From: Octopus bimaculoides | Taxonomy: Eukaryota | Direction: 5' to 3' | DNA: 63,298 nucleotides | NCBI RefSeq assembly: GCF_001194135.2 | Contig: NC_068997.1 | Location: 26,747,598 to 26,810,895, forward strand | Shown here: positions 12,045 to 24,823 of the stretch, in pieces | Layout: each line of letters begins with the position of its first letter | Position numbering within the stretch: position 1 is the first letter of the stretch | Made by a program: the position numbers and the translations under genes | The notes under the pieces: model-generated | What the model saw: the letters and a program-made list of their open reading frames with translations, nothing else | Databases searched by the model: none | Told to the model about the DNA's origin: nothing

Positions 12045-12767
12045 GTCAGTGGAGAGATTTTTGTGTTTTGTTTTACAACTTTTAACATTATTTTTTCACA
12101 TCTACCACCACCACTACTGCTACCCACACTGCAACTGTCACCACTGGCACTACCACTAGAATATCTGCACTTCACCACCACCACCTCCAGTGAACCATCT
12201 CCATGCCATTGTCACTACCAAAACCATTACTGCATCACCACAACCATCACAACTGCCAAATGGCTGAAGTGTTGCACACTTGTTAGAACTTCTCCTAGAG
12301 GGAAATTCTAACAAGAACTAGGGCTCCTTCACTCTTAGTGATTCACATATGCTAGTTAACCCATAGTTGGGTCCCTAACAGGTGTGACTACTGAGTCTTT
12401 TCTCTCCTGTCATTTGATTTCTTCCTTTTCTTCCCTGGTAGCTTTGAAGTTTTTGGTTCCAAAGGTGATGGAACACTGCCACTTGGTACAGGCTCAGACT
12501 TGTTCTTCAAATGATTTAGGCTCAAGTCCAGTGGCTTTCAGTGTTGTTTTGACTTGGTCCTTGTGTAAGATAATTGCACTTTGAACAGACCTAGGGATTA
12601 ATGGCCTAATGGTGAAGAATGCTGGAAGTTTGCATTAGAAATAGAGAGTTTGAGTTTGAGTTTGAGTTCAAACCATAATGGAGATATGTTTATATTTAGG
12701 AGTAAAACACCTGAAAATTGATGACAACTATACTGATCCCAATGTTTTCTTTTGTTTCTCTGTGCAG

Positions 12768-13487
12768 GCTTGTTGACTGGTTAGATGAATATACAGCATT
12801 CTGTTTCCGTCAAGCCCAAGTTAGTTTCTCTTGCCGAATACCACATGCAGTACCCATTCTTGATGCCCGGACAATGTCGAGTAACATATTGTTATATTGT
12901 AAATATAGTAAGATGGATATAAAGTCTGCAATGAAACTGAGTGAGAGTGACCACAACATGGAAGGGGGACAGAGAGGGCCCCTCTTAGAATCGGCAGCAC
13001 CAATGGGCAAAAGCTCACCCGGACAAAGCGACAACATGCTCATACCAAATGTACTCATGATCTCGAAACACCTCAACGGTAGCTTGAACCTGTGGCAGGT
13101 CAGTTTCTCTGAGACTTCGAAGTTCTCAACAGTGATGAGTGTGGCACACATATCTCGTGCCTGTGGTCACCGCTTCCGTACAAACTCTGCCTCGTGCCAC
13201 CCTGTGCTGCCGTTGCTTTTGACCACATCACATCACAACATTCCTGAAGCAGACTCCCCCAACAACAACAATTGTGGCGTGCTTGGCCAGTGTGACCGAA
13301 CTAAGGAAGAATCTACCATCAATGGCTGCCCTTCTGGTTTCGAGTTCTGCAGCGAACTTATATTATGGAAAGTTGATCCAGTTGGCCCTCTCTCCAAATC
13401 AGGAGGTATTGTAGAACTGGCCAGAATCAACTCAGCTGAAATTTCAGCTTTTTCTAATGTTTCGTGGATACCAACATTACTTCCCAG
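12768..13487 (+). CDS. DMXL2: DMXL exon (phase 2-2)
   Basis: ctgtgcag / AG-gtaaat; LVDWLDEY...CHPVLPLLLTTSHHN...SELILWKVDPVGPLS...WIPTLLP. Confidence 0.97.
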
Positions 13488-13639
13488 GTAAATATGCTTA
13501 CATCTCTCTCTTTCACTATCCCCCTCTCTCTCTCTCTCTCACTATCCCCCCTCTCTCTCTCTCACTATCCCCCCTCTCTCTCTCTCTTTCTTTCAAACGT
13601 ATGTAGATGATCAAAAAGGCCTATGCTAGAAACATTATC

Positions 13640-14330
13640 AAGGTGGTTAGCTGGCAGAATTGATTGTTAGCTCGCTGAGCAAAATGCTTAACAGTATTTC
13701 ATCTTACATTCTTACATTCTAAGTTCAGATTCTACCTAGGTCAACTTTTCCTTTCATCCTTTCATGGTCAATAAGTACCAGTTGACCACTGGAGTTGATA
13801 TAATTAACTAGTTTCCTCCCCTAAAATTTCAGGGCTTGTGCCTTTGGTAGAAATGATTATTATTGTTATTATTATCATGGCAGTAAGATGGCAGAATTGT
13901 TAGTGTTGGAAAGAAGTACCTTGCAGCATATCTTCCAGTTCTTTACATTCTGAGTTCAAATCTTGTTAAGCTCAATATCACTTTTCATCCTTTTGGGATT
14001 GATAAAATAAAGTACCAGCCAAGTACTAGCATCAATGGTTTTGACTAACCCCTCCCCTCAAAATTACAGGCTTTGTGCCTAAATCAAAAACAGTTATCAG
14101 CATTATTTATCTAAGGCAGCAAACTGGCATGATTGTTAGCACACTAGACAAAATGTTTAGTTGCATTTTCCCCATCTTATCGATCTAAGTTCAAATTCTG
14201 CCAAGGTCAACTTGGGCTTTCATCCTTTCAACGTCAATAAGTATCAGTTGAGTACTGGGGTCAATGTAATCAACTATCCCCCCACCACACAAAATTTCAG
14301 GCCTTGTGACTATGGAAGAAAGGACTAATT
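13640..14330 (+). mobile_element. Three head-to-tail copies of SINE family B (tRNA-like head, CCTTTCATCCTTTCGGGGTCGATAAAATAAGTACC core, (ATT)n tail)
   Basis: Repeated GCTGGCAGAAT..GAGTTCAAAT head and Nin-domain-like core; similar triplets at 46055-46640 and 62440-63050. Confidence 0.8.
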
Positions 14331-14355
14331 ATGTATATATTTGTATTTTTTGTAG

Positions 14356-14488
14356 TAATACACTTGGTGGCTTCAGCAACTCACCTAGTGCCCTCTTTGT
14401 AGCATCTGATGGTGAAAGCCTACGAATGTACCAAGCTGTCATCGATGCACGATCGATGTTGATCGAATCCCATGTTCCAAAGAAAACC
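14356..14488 (+). CDS. DMXL2: DMXL exon (phase 2-0)
   Basis: ttttgtag / ACC-gtaagt; SPSALFVASDGESLRMYQAVIDAR. Confidence 0.95.
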
Positions 14489-14607
14489 GTAAGTATCTCT
14501 TATGAAACAATTTATCTATTCTATTGGTCCAATATTTTAGTGTTTATAAAGAAGATAGAAACTAATCTGTTTGTGAGTTAACAATATGTCTGTTGAAATC
14601 AAATATA

Positions 14608-15174
14608 CAGTAATGCCTTGACATACAAATTAATTTGTTCCCAGAGACTGCTTGTAAAGCAGAAACTCATAAAGCAGAGCAATAATTTCCCCTAGTAACA
14701 ATGTTATAAATTGTAATTTGTTCCAGAAAAATATTTAACCTATAAAATTTATAATACTCGTAAAAAAATGGCAATAAAACAACAGCAGAATGTCAAGAAT
14801 ATTTTATGTAAAGTAAAAAAAAGTCAAGCTCATTCATAATAAAAAATATTATTCTTATTATTGTTTTCTGAATCACTTTCACTTGCACTAGACTTGAGCA
14901 CACCATCACTTGCAGGCGTGATTGTTGATTCACAAGCACTCATAGATGGACTTGTAGATTTCTTTAGAGTTGTTTCCTTAGAATCAATTTTATGCTGTCA
15001 TTTTACTCTGGCATTATATTGCGCTGTGTAGGTGTGTCGGAACCAGTGTCGCCACATGTTGCAATGTTGCCACACACACAAAATGGCTGTTTAACCTTTT
15101 TATATTTATTATAGAATTAACTTGTAAACTTGGGGGTCTCATAAAGTGGGTCCTCATAAGGTGAGGTATTACTG
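14608..15174. mobile_element. Non-autonomous Tc1/mariner-superfamily (pogo/Tigger-like) element
   Basis: TA|CAGTAATGCCT ... AGGTATTACTG|TA termini. Confidence 0.6.
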
Positions 15175-15436
15175 TATTTTTAACAAAAATTTAAACAATA
15201 TCATTATTATTCCTTTTTGTTAAAAAATGATTTTGTCCTTTTTTGTGTTAAAGCATTAGTAGACTTTGTGTGTTGAGGAACCACATGAGCCATATTTCCA
15301 GCTGGCCAAGTATTGGGTCACTTTGTTTCTGACAGTGGGGGTGAGAAGAGAGTTTCCATGACTCAGTGGAATTATTTTACTTGAACAATACCAGTTCTTC
15401 ATTGATGCTGATAAAGGATTATCTTTGTTTTTGCAG

Positions 15437-15595
15437 TGGCTGGAGAGTCAGTCCAGCAGTATGGATACCCATGTAGAAGAGGAAGAAGAAACAACACAGA
15501 CATCAGTGAATGATATTTTCAATATAGTCAGTCTACAGTCCACTGCCCACCCTGGCTGTATCATACAGCTTGAAAGTATTGTCGATGCTAAACAG
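15437..15595 (+). CDS. DMXL2: DMXL exon (phase 0-0)
   Basis: ttttgcag / CAG-gtaagc; ...IFNIVSLQSTAHPGCIIQLESI. Confidence 0.93.
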
Positions 15596-15796
15596 GTAAG
15601 CCATGAGATGATGCTGGGTATGTCCTCTCTCTCTGTTTTTATCTATTTATCTGACTGATATGCCTGCTAGATTTATTATTATTACAGAAGTAATGTGGGT
15701 TGCCTACTTTATGTATTGTTTTTCAATTATTACACTAATCACATTAATGTTTTAATTGAACAACCTTAATCTTTTTTTCTCTATTTTGTTCTTCAG

Positions 15797-16022
15797 GACT
15801 GGCAGGAGACTCAACTACTGCATGTCTTTCAAGAACAGTTGCTCACTGGCAAAGTTCCTATTGATTCCACAATGGAAAACTTGGAAGCTTTTGTAGATCT
15901 TAGGAACTTGGCTTCATTTGAAGAGCATTTCTACTTGGTTCTTTTGGAAAAGTCTAAACATGGTGGATCAGTGCTACACATGTGGAAGATCACCATTGCA
16001 TCTCACTCGGCAAATGAAAGCA
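15797..16022 (+). CDS. DMXL2: DMXL exon (phase 0-1)
   Basis: gttcttcag / A-gtaagt; TQLLHVFQE...HFYLVLLEK...VLHMW. Confidence 0.93.
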
Positions 16023-16432
16023 GTAAGTATTACCCAACTTACCTTCATCACGTAGAGGAGAGTGAATTCACAAGTTATGTAATACATTAAATTTAGCTAC
16101 GAAACATATGTAGTCTTTACCTTTTCCATTCCTTACGTTCTTTGATTTATAGGTCTTTGTGTTTGTCACCACTTGACAACAAGTGTTGGTTTGTTTATTC
16201 TCCCATCACTAAGTGGTTCGGTGAAAGAGATCAATAGAATGAGGGCTAAGCTTAAAGATAAGTATTGGGGTCGATTTGTTTAACTAAAGACTAAAACAAA
16301 TAAAGATTATTCAAAATTAATTGAAACAGACAATACATTTGATTAGAAATATATGGTCATGAAATGGTTAAACCAACGAATGAGACTGTGCTGTCTTACA
16401 ATTTATCAATGGTTGTAACCTTTACCCAACAG

Positions 16433-16587
16433 AGACTCCCAGCCACATGGAACAACAGCACAGAGAACAAAGTTGTGTCAATTCCTTTGATGTCGACTCC
16501 AATGAAGAAGAAGAAGAGGAAGATTCTACTGGCGAACCATTCAGCAAGTCACTTGTCAGTGTGAAAATATCTTATTCCACAGCTAAG
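16433..16587 (+). CDS. DMXL2: DMXL exon (phase 1-0), acidic linker
   Basis: acccaacag / AAG-gtactt; KTPSHMEQQ...EEEEEEDS...YSTAK; required by phase. Confidence 0.82.
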
Positions 16588-16766
16588 GTACTTCAGTACT
16601 CAATCGTTATTGACCTCATTTCTATCTTTGTGATTGGATGTTGAGCCATCCAACCTGTGCCAGCATGGAAGATGGACGTTAAATGATGATGATGTCTAGA
16701 TCTGAAATAAAATGGCTGCTGTTTTTGTTGTTGATTTTGTACTTTACTTTTCTTGCCTCTCTTTAG

Positions 16767-17154
16767 GTGTGTACTCAACAACTCCCGCTACCCAGCAATG
16801 TCGAGGTGATCTGTGCAACAACTGCAGCTGGCCATCTAAGCTCTGCATCAATCTACCCTGCATGTTTGGCCCCTTACCTCATTGTAACGGCCTGTTCCAA
16901 CAAATCTGTATATTTTTGGCGCTGTGAAATGGAATCGGTGGAGCCATACATCTCTGTAGGCGGCATCGACCCCCTCGACGACTATCTGACTACCAGCATC
17001 ACCAGCTTTGAGATGGCCATCGACGACAGACGAGGCTTCAATAAACCTACCTATAAGACACATGTCAAGTCTGTTGCCCTCAATTCACGATACCAGTGGC
17101 AACAGTGGTTCATGAATAATCGGATGAAAAAATCAAGTTCTATATCAATCCCAG
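16767..17154 (+). CDS. DMXL2: DMXL exon (phase 0-1)
   Basis: ctctttag / G-gtgaga; AGHLSSASIYPACLAPYLIVTACS. Confidence 0.96.
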
Positions 17155-17289
17155 GTGAGATATATATTATTTTAATTATTTTACTTCACCTCCTTATATT
17201 TAGATCAATGTAAAATAAAGAAATAAGCAGTACCATTGACTGGTTTTGCTAAACTCTTTCTTTTTTATTATTTTTGGTTTTATTCATCA

Positions 17290-18085
17290 GACAAAATGCT
17301 TAGCAGCATTTCTTCTGGTTTTCCATTCTGAGTTCAAATGCTGCCAAGGTAGACTGTGCTTTTCATCCTTTTAGGGTCAAAAAAATAAGTACCACTTGAG
17401 CACTGGGTCAGTGTAATCAACTTCCCCACCCTTCAAAATTATTATCATCACCACCATCAATAATAAAAATAACAATGATTTCAAATTTTGGCACAAGGCC
17501 AGCAACTTCAAGGGAAGGGGTAAGTTGATTTATGTAAACCCCTGTGCCCAACTGGTACTTATTTTATCAACCTCGAAAGGATGAAAAGCAAAGTCAACCT
17601 TGGTGGAATTTGAATTCAACATAAAGACAGACAAAATACCACTAAGCATTTTGCCCAGCATGCTTATGATCCTGCCAATTTGAATTTTGGCACAAGGCCA
17701 GCAATTTTAGAAGGGGACAGTCAATTACATTGATCCCAGAGTTCAACTGCTACTCATTTTATTGACCCCGTAAAGATAAAAGGCAATGTCATCCTCAGCA
17801 GAATTTGAACTTAGAAGATGAATGAAATGCCCTTAAGCATTTTGTATGGCATGAATCATAGATAATAAGGCAGTAAACTAGCAGAATTGTTAGCATGCTG
17901 CACAAGATGTTTTGCAGCATTCCTTCTGGCTGTTTACATTCTGAGTTCAAATCCCACTGTGGTCAACTTTGCCTTTCATCCTTTTGGGGACACTAAAATA
18001 AAGTACCAGTCGAGTACAGGAGTTGATGTAATCAGCTTGACTCCGGCCCCTAAAATTGCTGACCTTGTGCCAAAATTTGATGCCA
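17290..18085. mobile_element. Four SINE family B copies in +,-,-,+ orientation
   Basis: Core motif on + at about 17290-17445 and 17870-18085, reverse complement at about 17475-17680 and 17682-17850. Confidence 0.8.
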
Positions 18086-18158
18086 TTATCATTATTATTA
18101 CAAAGCGTTGTCATTATTATTACTATTATTATTATTGTTGTTGTTCTTGTTCATTCAG

Positions 18159-18299
18159 GGAAACCCATCACCGTCTGTTGTGCTTACAGTGGGAGATTGG
18201 CTGTGGCATATCGCTTTGGTGGAATACGCACCACATTAGACCAACCTAACAATGTGTTTGTCAACTTATGTGTAGCAATATATGAATGTGAATCAACAG
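18159..18299 (+). CDS. DMXL2: DMXL exon (phase 1-1)
   Basis: tcattcag / G-gtaaat; KPITVCCAYSGRLAVAY...IYECEST. Confidence 0.95.
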
Positions 18300-19455
18300 G
18301 TAAATTTTATTTTCGTCTTGTCTCACTAGTTTACCCATGTAATTGTATCATCTCTACCCTAACACTGTTTCAACTGTTTGCTGTTGTTTAGCCTCATGTC
18401 ATCTTCTGTTGGGTAGACCGATGATTGAAGGTATTCTACCTGTGCCCCTCCCATCATTATCATTAAACATCCTTTTTTCCATACTGGCATGGGTTGTATG
18501 GTTCGACATAAACTGATGAACCAGAGGGCTGTGTTGAGCTTCAGTGTCTTCTTTGGTATGGTTTCCACAATTGGAGGCCCTTCCTAATGCCAACCACTTC
18601 ACAGAGTGTACCAGGTGCTTTTTTTCATAGCACCAGTGTTGGTGAGGTCACCAAGTAATCATAAGACACTATTCCTTAACTGTGTGGGGCATATCATTAA
18701 GAGATATCAAAGTGCCATGCAGTGGGACTGAACCTAAAACCATGTGGTCAGGAAGCAAACTTTTTACCATGCAGTCATGTCCATGACTTGCAGAAGTAAA
18801 ATCTCTACTACAAAACTTAGCTGTAGCTTAAAAGTAAGTCTGCAAGAAATAAATATTTCCAGGAATGTGGCATGAGTGAATTCAAAGATTCTGTCCTGTG
18901 TTGTGTTACATAAATTATAAAATTTTGCTCAGTTTTATTTCAGGTCTTCAATTTTAAATCCATGAACTTGAATTGAATTTCAAGATAAGATTTATAATCA
19001 CAATAAACCCAAGTCTTTTTTTGTCTTACCAACCAGCCTGAGACCATCCCCATTTATATGATACAAATTATATGATGTAAACCTGTGATGTGAAGCCTAT
19101 TTCTATGACACAAATTACCTGTGATGTGAATTAAAACCTTCCATCAAAATTTCATGCTAATTTATGATCCAAATATCAAATTAATAATGACGAAGTTATT
19201 TTGCTAAATGCTTCATTATTTTCAAAATTAGTTGAAACAGTTAATGTATTTCAACAGAAATATGGTAACACAAGAGTTACACTTCACTTTTCTGTAAATA
19301 ATTTCAAGCAAATTATTGTAAGCAAATATATTAGCATAAAATCTGTATTTTATTTGGAAAATGTTTTTTTTTTCTTTTTGTATTTTAAGAGGCATCAAAA
19401 TTTGTTCTTTTTTTTTTCTTTTTCAAAACTTCCTTTGTCTTTGTTTTATTTGCAG

Positions 19456-21087
19456 GTGGGTCAGAATGGTCTCTTGAAGACACTATAGAATTAAACAACA
19501 TAAGCATTCCTGATCCAAAGGCAGAAATAGATTTACACTTGATAATGAGTCCTGAAAATATTAGCATTCCAGTGTTTCGCATTGGAGAAGAGAGTTCTAT
19601 CTCCCCGTCCAGTTCTTTAGCCAACATGTCTCGCACTAAATCTGTTCCTAGTCTCTCGACTATCCACAGCGTACGTAAGTCTATTGCTGAGTATGGAAAC
19701 AAAACTGGCATATTGGTACAGAAACATTTAGTACAACTAGACTGGGTCTCTACTGAAGACGGATCCCACATCTTGACTGTCGGTGTTGGCTCAAAGATTC
19801 TCATGTATGCCCAGGTATCTGAAGAAATTGCCCAGATCTCAATGGGCAAACCTGCAAACACCCGCAAACGGCAAACCAATCATGCAAAACGAATTCACAA
19901 ATCTAAAAGCATTGTCGTGGACAACTACGAAGAAGAAATTCGTTGGATGAAACTCCGATGTATTGAACTCACCACAGCAGATTGCTTACCTCCCCTTCCC
20001 ATGCATATGTCCTGGGTTCGATCAGGTATTCTTGTTGTGGCTATGGATAATGAGGTCCATGTCTACTCCCAGTGGCGAGGTTCTGCTGCTTGCTTTGACA
20101 ACCAAAGCTTTGGTAATTATGATGAGCCAGATTGTGACAAACGAAGTTTGTCAGATTTCAGTCTATCTGCCATCCCGAGTTCCTCTATGCTCACTGCTAG
20201 CAAGTCCATGCAGAATTTCAAGTCATCTTTATCCATATCCAGTTTCAAGCAACTTCCAGGTGCACCACTTACCCCTGTCCACCCCAAGAAGAAAGAGCTG
20301 AGTAAGAGAGCTAGTTTGACTAAGAGTGAAAGCACTGCTAGTTTAACTTTAATCACTGATCTTGGTTTATTTGAAGCTGCACGCCAGGCCAACCCTGTAC
20401 TAGCACAGTACCACCCGAAGCAGTTGATTGAACTCTTAAACTTTGGACGCATCAAACGGGTGCGGGCCATCCTCTCACACCTGGTCCGGTGCATTGCTGT
20501 TAGCGAAGTCTATCAAACAACGTATAGTGATGAAATAGACGCTTCAGAAAACAAAATGCATTCTATGCATCGTCAAAGGGCAAAATCAATTGGTGCCAGC
20601 ACTCCAAACGAAGCAGCTGGCATTTGTGAAGAAGCAACACTTGACTACATTGAAATCACCTCGATTCCACCTTTACCAATTTATGCTCTCCTTGCCGCTG
20701 ACAATGATTCTGCTATCGATGCAGACATTGTTGGTGCCGGTACTGGCACCGGCAAACCAGCTTCACAAGACTACACAGATCTCTTTGAAAACAATTTAGA
20801 CGATTCCGATTCTGACACAGATGTCTTTTCTAACACCTCTGATGATGGCATCACATCTAGACAAAGGTCCAACAGCAACAGGGCCCGTTTTATGTCTATG
20901 TCAGCACCAACACCCCATCAGATGCTCAACGTATTTGGCCCAACGCAATGTCAGTCTCTTGGTAAACACCTCACCCACATGCTTCTACCGGGGCTCACGA
21001 ACCTTGACCAAATGTACCTCCTGGCTTTGGCAGACACCATATCAACGACCAGTACAGATACCAGCACTTACAATGCAATGTCATCAG
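19456..21087 (+). CDS. DMXL2: DMXL largest exon (1632 nt, phase 1-1)
   Basis: atttgcag / G-gtatgt; GSEWSLEDTI...LDWVSTEDGSHILTVGVG...QYHPKQLIELL...LPGLTNLDQMYLLALADT. Confidence 0.98.
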
Positions 21088-21674
21088 GTATGTCCTGTTA
21101 ACCTTTCTCTCATTGTTAGTATTTTTTGAAAATTAAGTAACTTCCTGAGTATTCAGACTTGTTAGTGTTTAGACTCTTAGCATTCAGAATGGTTTAGTGT
21201 TCACACTGTTTAATGTTTAGACTTGTAGGTTTTCAGACTTGTTGGTGTTGTAGCCAGTTTTTTTTTTTTTCTTTTTGTTCAGATTGAGTAACTTGTGTTT
21301 GTAAAACAGTGGAATAAGATAAGCAATACAGCACCAGACTAAATACTTCTCAGCATTTTGGTTCTGTTCCTCTACATTCTTTGTACAAACTCTACTGTGG
21401 CTTTCGTCTCTATGGTGTGTGTGTATGTGTGTGTGTGTATATACACACTCAAAAATTTTGTGTCTGTGTTTGTGACAGGAAATGTGTTTCTTATGTATCT
21501 AATTATATTTAATATTTATAATTGAAAACGTTAACCATTTCACTTCATATATGTGTGTACATAAACATATGTATTTGGTGTCATATAAAGTATTGCATAT
21601 TGCCACATGTACGTATGTTAGTTATCATATAATGTATAATTATCGTTGTTGTTATATGTATATGTAATTATGTA

Positions 21675-21712
<38 letters not shown>

Positions 21713-21814
21713 GCAGACAACCAACATACAGATACCGATATAACTCCAACCAATACAGGTAGGGTATCACTCTCAATCTTATCTACAACCTGCCCCCGCC
21801 AACATTGACACTAT

Positions 21815-21850
<36 letters not shown>

Positions 21851-22082
21851 GTAATAATCGTTTCTACTAATGGCACAAGGCCTGAAATTTGGTGGGAGGG
21901 AACTAGTCGATTACATTGACCCCAGTGTTTTACTGGTACTTAATCTATCAACCCTGAAAGGATGAAAGGCAAAGTGGACCTTGGCAAAATTTGAACTCAG
22001 AACATAGCGACTGGCGAAATACTGTTAAGCATTTCCACCAGTGTGCTAATGATTCTGCCAGCTCACCACCTTAATAATAATA

Positions 22083-22271
22083 ATCATCATCATCATTATT
22101 TAACGTCCGCTTTCCATGCTAGCATGGGTTGGACGATTTGACTGAGGACTGGTGAAACCGGATGGCAACACCAGGCTCCAATCTAATTTGGCAGAGTTTC
22201 TACAGCTGGATGCCCTTCCTAACGCCAACCACTCAGAGAGTGTAGTGGGTGCTTTTACGTGCCACCCGCAC
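22083..22271 (-). mobile_element. SINE family A copy running into a gap
   Basis: Nearly identical to 3977-4165, so a young subfamily. Confidence 0.85.
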
Positions 22272-23491
22272 NNNNNNNNNNNNNNNNNNNNNNNNNNNNN
22301 NNNNNNNNNNNNNNNNNNNNNNNNNNNNNNNNNNNNNNNNNNNNNNNNNNNNNNNNNNNNNNNNNNNNNNNNNNNNNNNNNNNNNNNNNNNNNNNNNNNN
22401 NNNNNNNNNNNNNNNNNNNNNNNNNNNNNNNNNNNNNNNNNNNNNNNNNNNNNNNNNNNNNNNNNNNNNNNNNNNNNNNNNNNNNNNNNNNNNNNNNNNN
22501 NNNNNNNNNNNNNNNNNNNNNNNNNNNNNNNNNNNNNNNNNNNNNNNNNNNNNNNNNNNNNNNNNNNNNNNNNNNNNNNNNNNNNNNNNNNNNNNNNNNN
22601 NNNNNNNNNNNNNNNNNNNNNNNNNNNNNNNNNNNNNNNNNNNNNNNNNNNNNNNNNNNNNNNNNNNNNNNNNNNNNNNNNNNNNNNNNNNNNNNNNNNN
22701 NNNNNNNNNNNNNNNNNNNNNNNNNNNNNNNNNNNNNNNNNNNNNNNNNNNNNNNNNNNNNNNNNNNNNNNNNNNNNNNNNNNNNNNNNNNNNNNNNNNN
22801 NNNNNNNNNNNNNNNNNNNNNNNNNNNNNNNNNNNNNNNNNNNNNNNNNNNNNNNNNNNNNNNNNNNNNNNNNNNNNNNNNNNNNNNNNNNNNNNNNNNN
22901 NNNNNNNNNNNNNNNNNNNNNNNNNNNNNNNNNNNNNNNNNNNNNNNNNNNNNNNNNNNNNNNNNNNNNNNNNNNNNNNNNNNNNNNNNNNNNNNNNNNN
23001 NNNNNNNNNNNNNNNNNNNNNNNNNNNNNNNNNNNNNNNNNNNNNNNNNNNNNNNNNNNNNNNNNNNNNNNNNNNNNNNNNNNNNNNNNNNNNNNNNNNN
23101 NNNNNNNNNNNNNNNNNNNNNNNNNNNNNNNNNNNNNNNNNNNNNNNNNNNNNNNNNNNNNNNNNNNNNNNNNNNNNNNNNNNNNNNNNNNNNNNNNNNN
23201 NNNNNNNNNNNNNNNNNNNNNNNNNNNNNNNNNNNNNNNNNACTTCAAACTTGTTAAAGAACAGGATTAAAAGCCAAAGCAAGAAAATACAAAAATAAAC
23301 TTATGTAATGACTTTGTCCTTTGGTAACATTCAAATCTAAATTTTATGCCCTTCTTTCCACCAAAGTTGTTAAGCGCCTGGAGATGTCAGATCAGCCCTC
23401 TTCGACTAAATTATTTAAACAAATTGTTAAATAAAATTTGTGTTTGTTTGTTTTCTACCAATTTCAGCAACTGTTTAAACTTATTTTCCAG

Positions 23492-23646
23492 AATCTATGG
23501 ATGAGTGTGGAATCAAATTTTTACTGGCAATGCGGTTTCATTCTTACCTGGCAAGGACACTGCCACCCCACCAGAGAAGACAGCTACAAAAAGAAGGACT
23601 GCGTTCCCACTACATTGTTTGGGCCTTCCATTCTGAAGCTACAGAG
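23492..23646 (+). CDS. DMXL2: DMXL exon (phase 1-0), Rav1p_C region
   Basis: attttccag / GAG-gtagtt; MDECGIKFLLAMR...WAFHSEATE. Confidence 0.96.
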
Positions 23647-23694
23647 GTAGTTAATGCATGTAGTTATTCCTTGTCTTTGTTGGGACTTTTCACA

Positions 23695-23875
23695 TCAAGT
23701 CCTCTTGTGTTTTCTGCTCAAGACCATTTGGTTTCTGCTCAAGTGTTCTTGAGTTTCCTGGACTATCATTGTGAGCTTTCCTGCTCAAGTCCTCTTGAGT
23801 TTCCAGTGCAACTCATCCTAAGTTTTCTACTCAATTTATCTTGAGTTTGCTGCTCAAATCATCTTGGATTTCCTG
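23695..23875. repeat. Degenerate minisatellite, about 23-bp unit x8, with internal dyad CTCAAG-N4-CTTGAG
   Basis: Consensus CTGCTCAAGTCCTCTTGAGTTTC read directly. Confidence 0.75.
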
Positions 23876-24194
23876 TTTCACATCCCAAAACTATTCAGCA
23901 TTGAAGGAAGTCTAACTAAAACTGTTCTGTTTTATTAGAATCTAATTCTTCATGCGAATTTTCTTTTCTGATTTTACATTCCAGTAAAAAATGTTGCTTT
24001 ATTTTTGAGAATGTGGTAGAATGAAAAAAAAAAACAGTAGAAGCAATGGCATTTTGAGTTAAACACTTCTTGGTGTTTAGTTCTGTTCATCTTCATTCAC
24101 GCCCTTGTTAATCCTACCATTGCAAATATAATGGCTCGGTGATTGTCCTTTTGGTAGTCTATAATTAACATCACTGTTATTCAAAAAAGACAAT

Positions 24195-24570
24195 GTGTGG
24201 TGAGAAGCTTGCCTCCCAACCATATGGTTCCAAGTTCAGTCCTACTGCATGGCACCTTCTTTGTCTTTGACTATAGTTTCAGGCTGACCAAAGCCTTGTG
24301 AATGGATTTGGTGGGCAGAAACTGAAACATGTCTGTCGTGTGTGTGTATGTGTATTTGTGTGTGTTTGTCATCTCCACCCACTGCTTGACAGCTGGTGTT
24401 GGTTTGTTTACGTCCCCATAACTTAGCAGTTTGGCAAAAGAGAATGTCAGAATAAGTCCAGGCTTCAAAAACCAAAAATCGTACCCACAAAGGTTTGAGA
24501 TATGCTCAACTAAAACTCCACAATATGGCTGCAGTCCAATGACTGAAACAAATAAAAGAAAAAAATCAAG
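24195..24570 (+). mobile_element. SINE family C copy (tRNA-like head CTTCCCAACCACATGGTT..GGTTCAGTCC)
   Basis: Same motif set at 10920-11140(-), 26670-27050(-), 35735-35940(+), 37530-37690(-), 43010-43300(-), 47800-48095(-) and 62230-62390(+). Confidence 0.75.
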
Positions 24571-24703
24571 ATAAAAGACAATTCGTGGTGCAGAGAAGAG
24601 GAAAAAATTACCTTTTACAATTATTCTTCCTTTTAATCGAAGCACACATCCTTTCTGTTAAGGGTTCACTTATTCACTTATTGTTGTTGTTGCTATGCTT
24701 CAG

Positions 24704-24823
24704 GAGCTGCTTGCATGTATCCCTAGTATGAAAAAAGGTGAACCTACTTGGAGTGACTTGAAGCAATATGGTGCTGGTTGGTGGATCACAAATATTAACC
24801 AGCTACGGAAAACCATTGAGAAG
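24704..24823 (+). CDS. DMXL2: DMXL exon (phase 0-0)
   Basis: atgcttcag / AAG-gtaagg; ELLACIPSMKKGEPTWSDLKQYGAGWWITNINQLRKTIEK. Confidence 0.95.

Noticed and set aside
19385-20494. Minus-strand ORFs overlapping large exons (also 12810-13151, 27395-27700)
   Set aside because: Antisense shadows of coding exons; no independent evidence for a nested gene.
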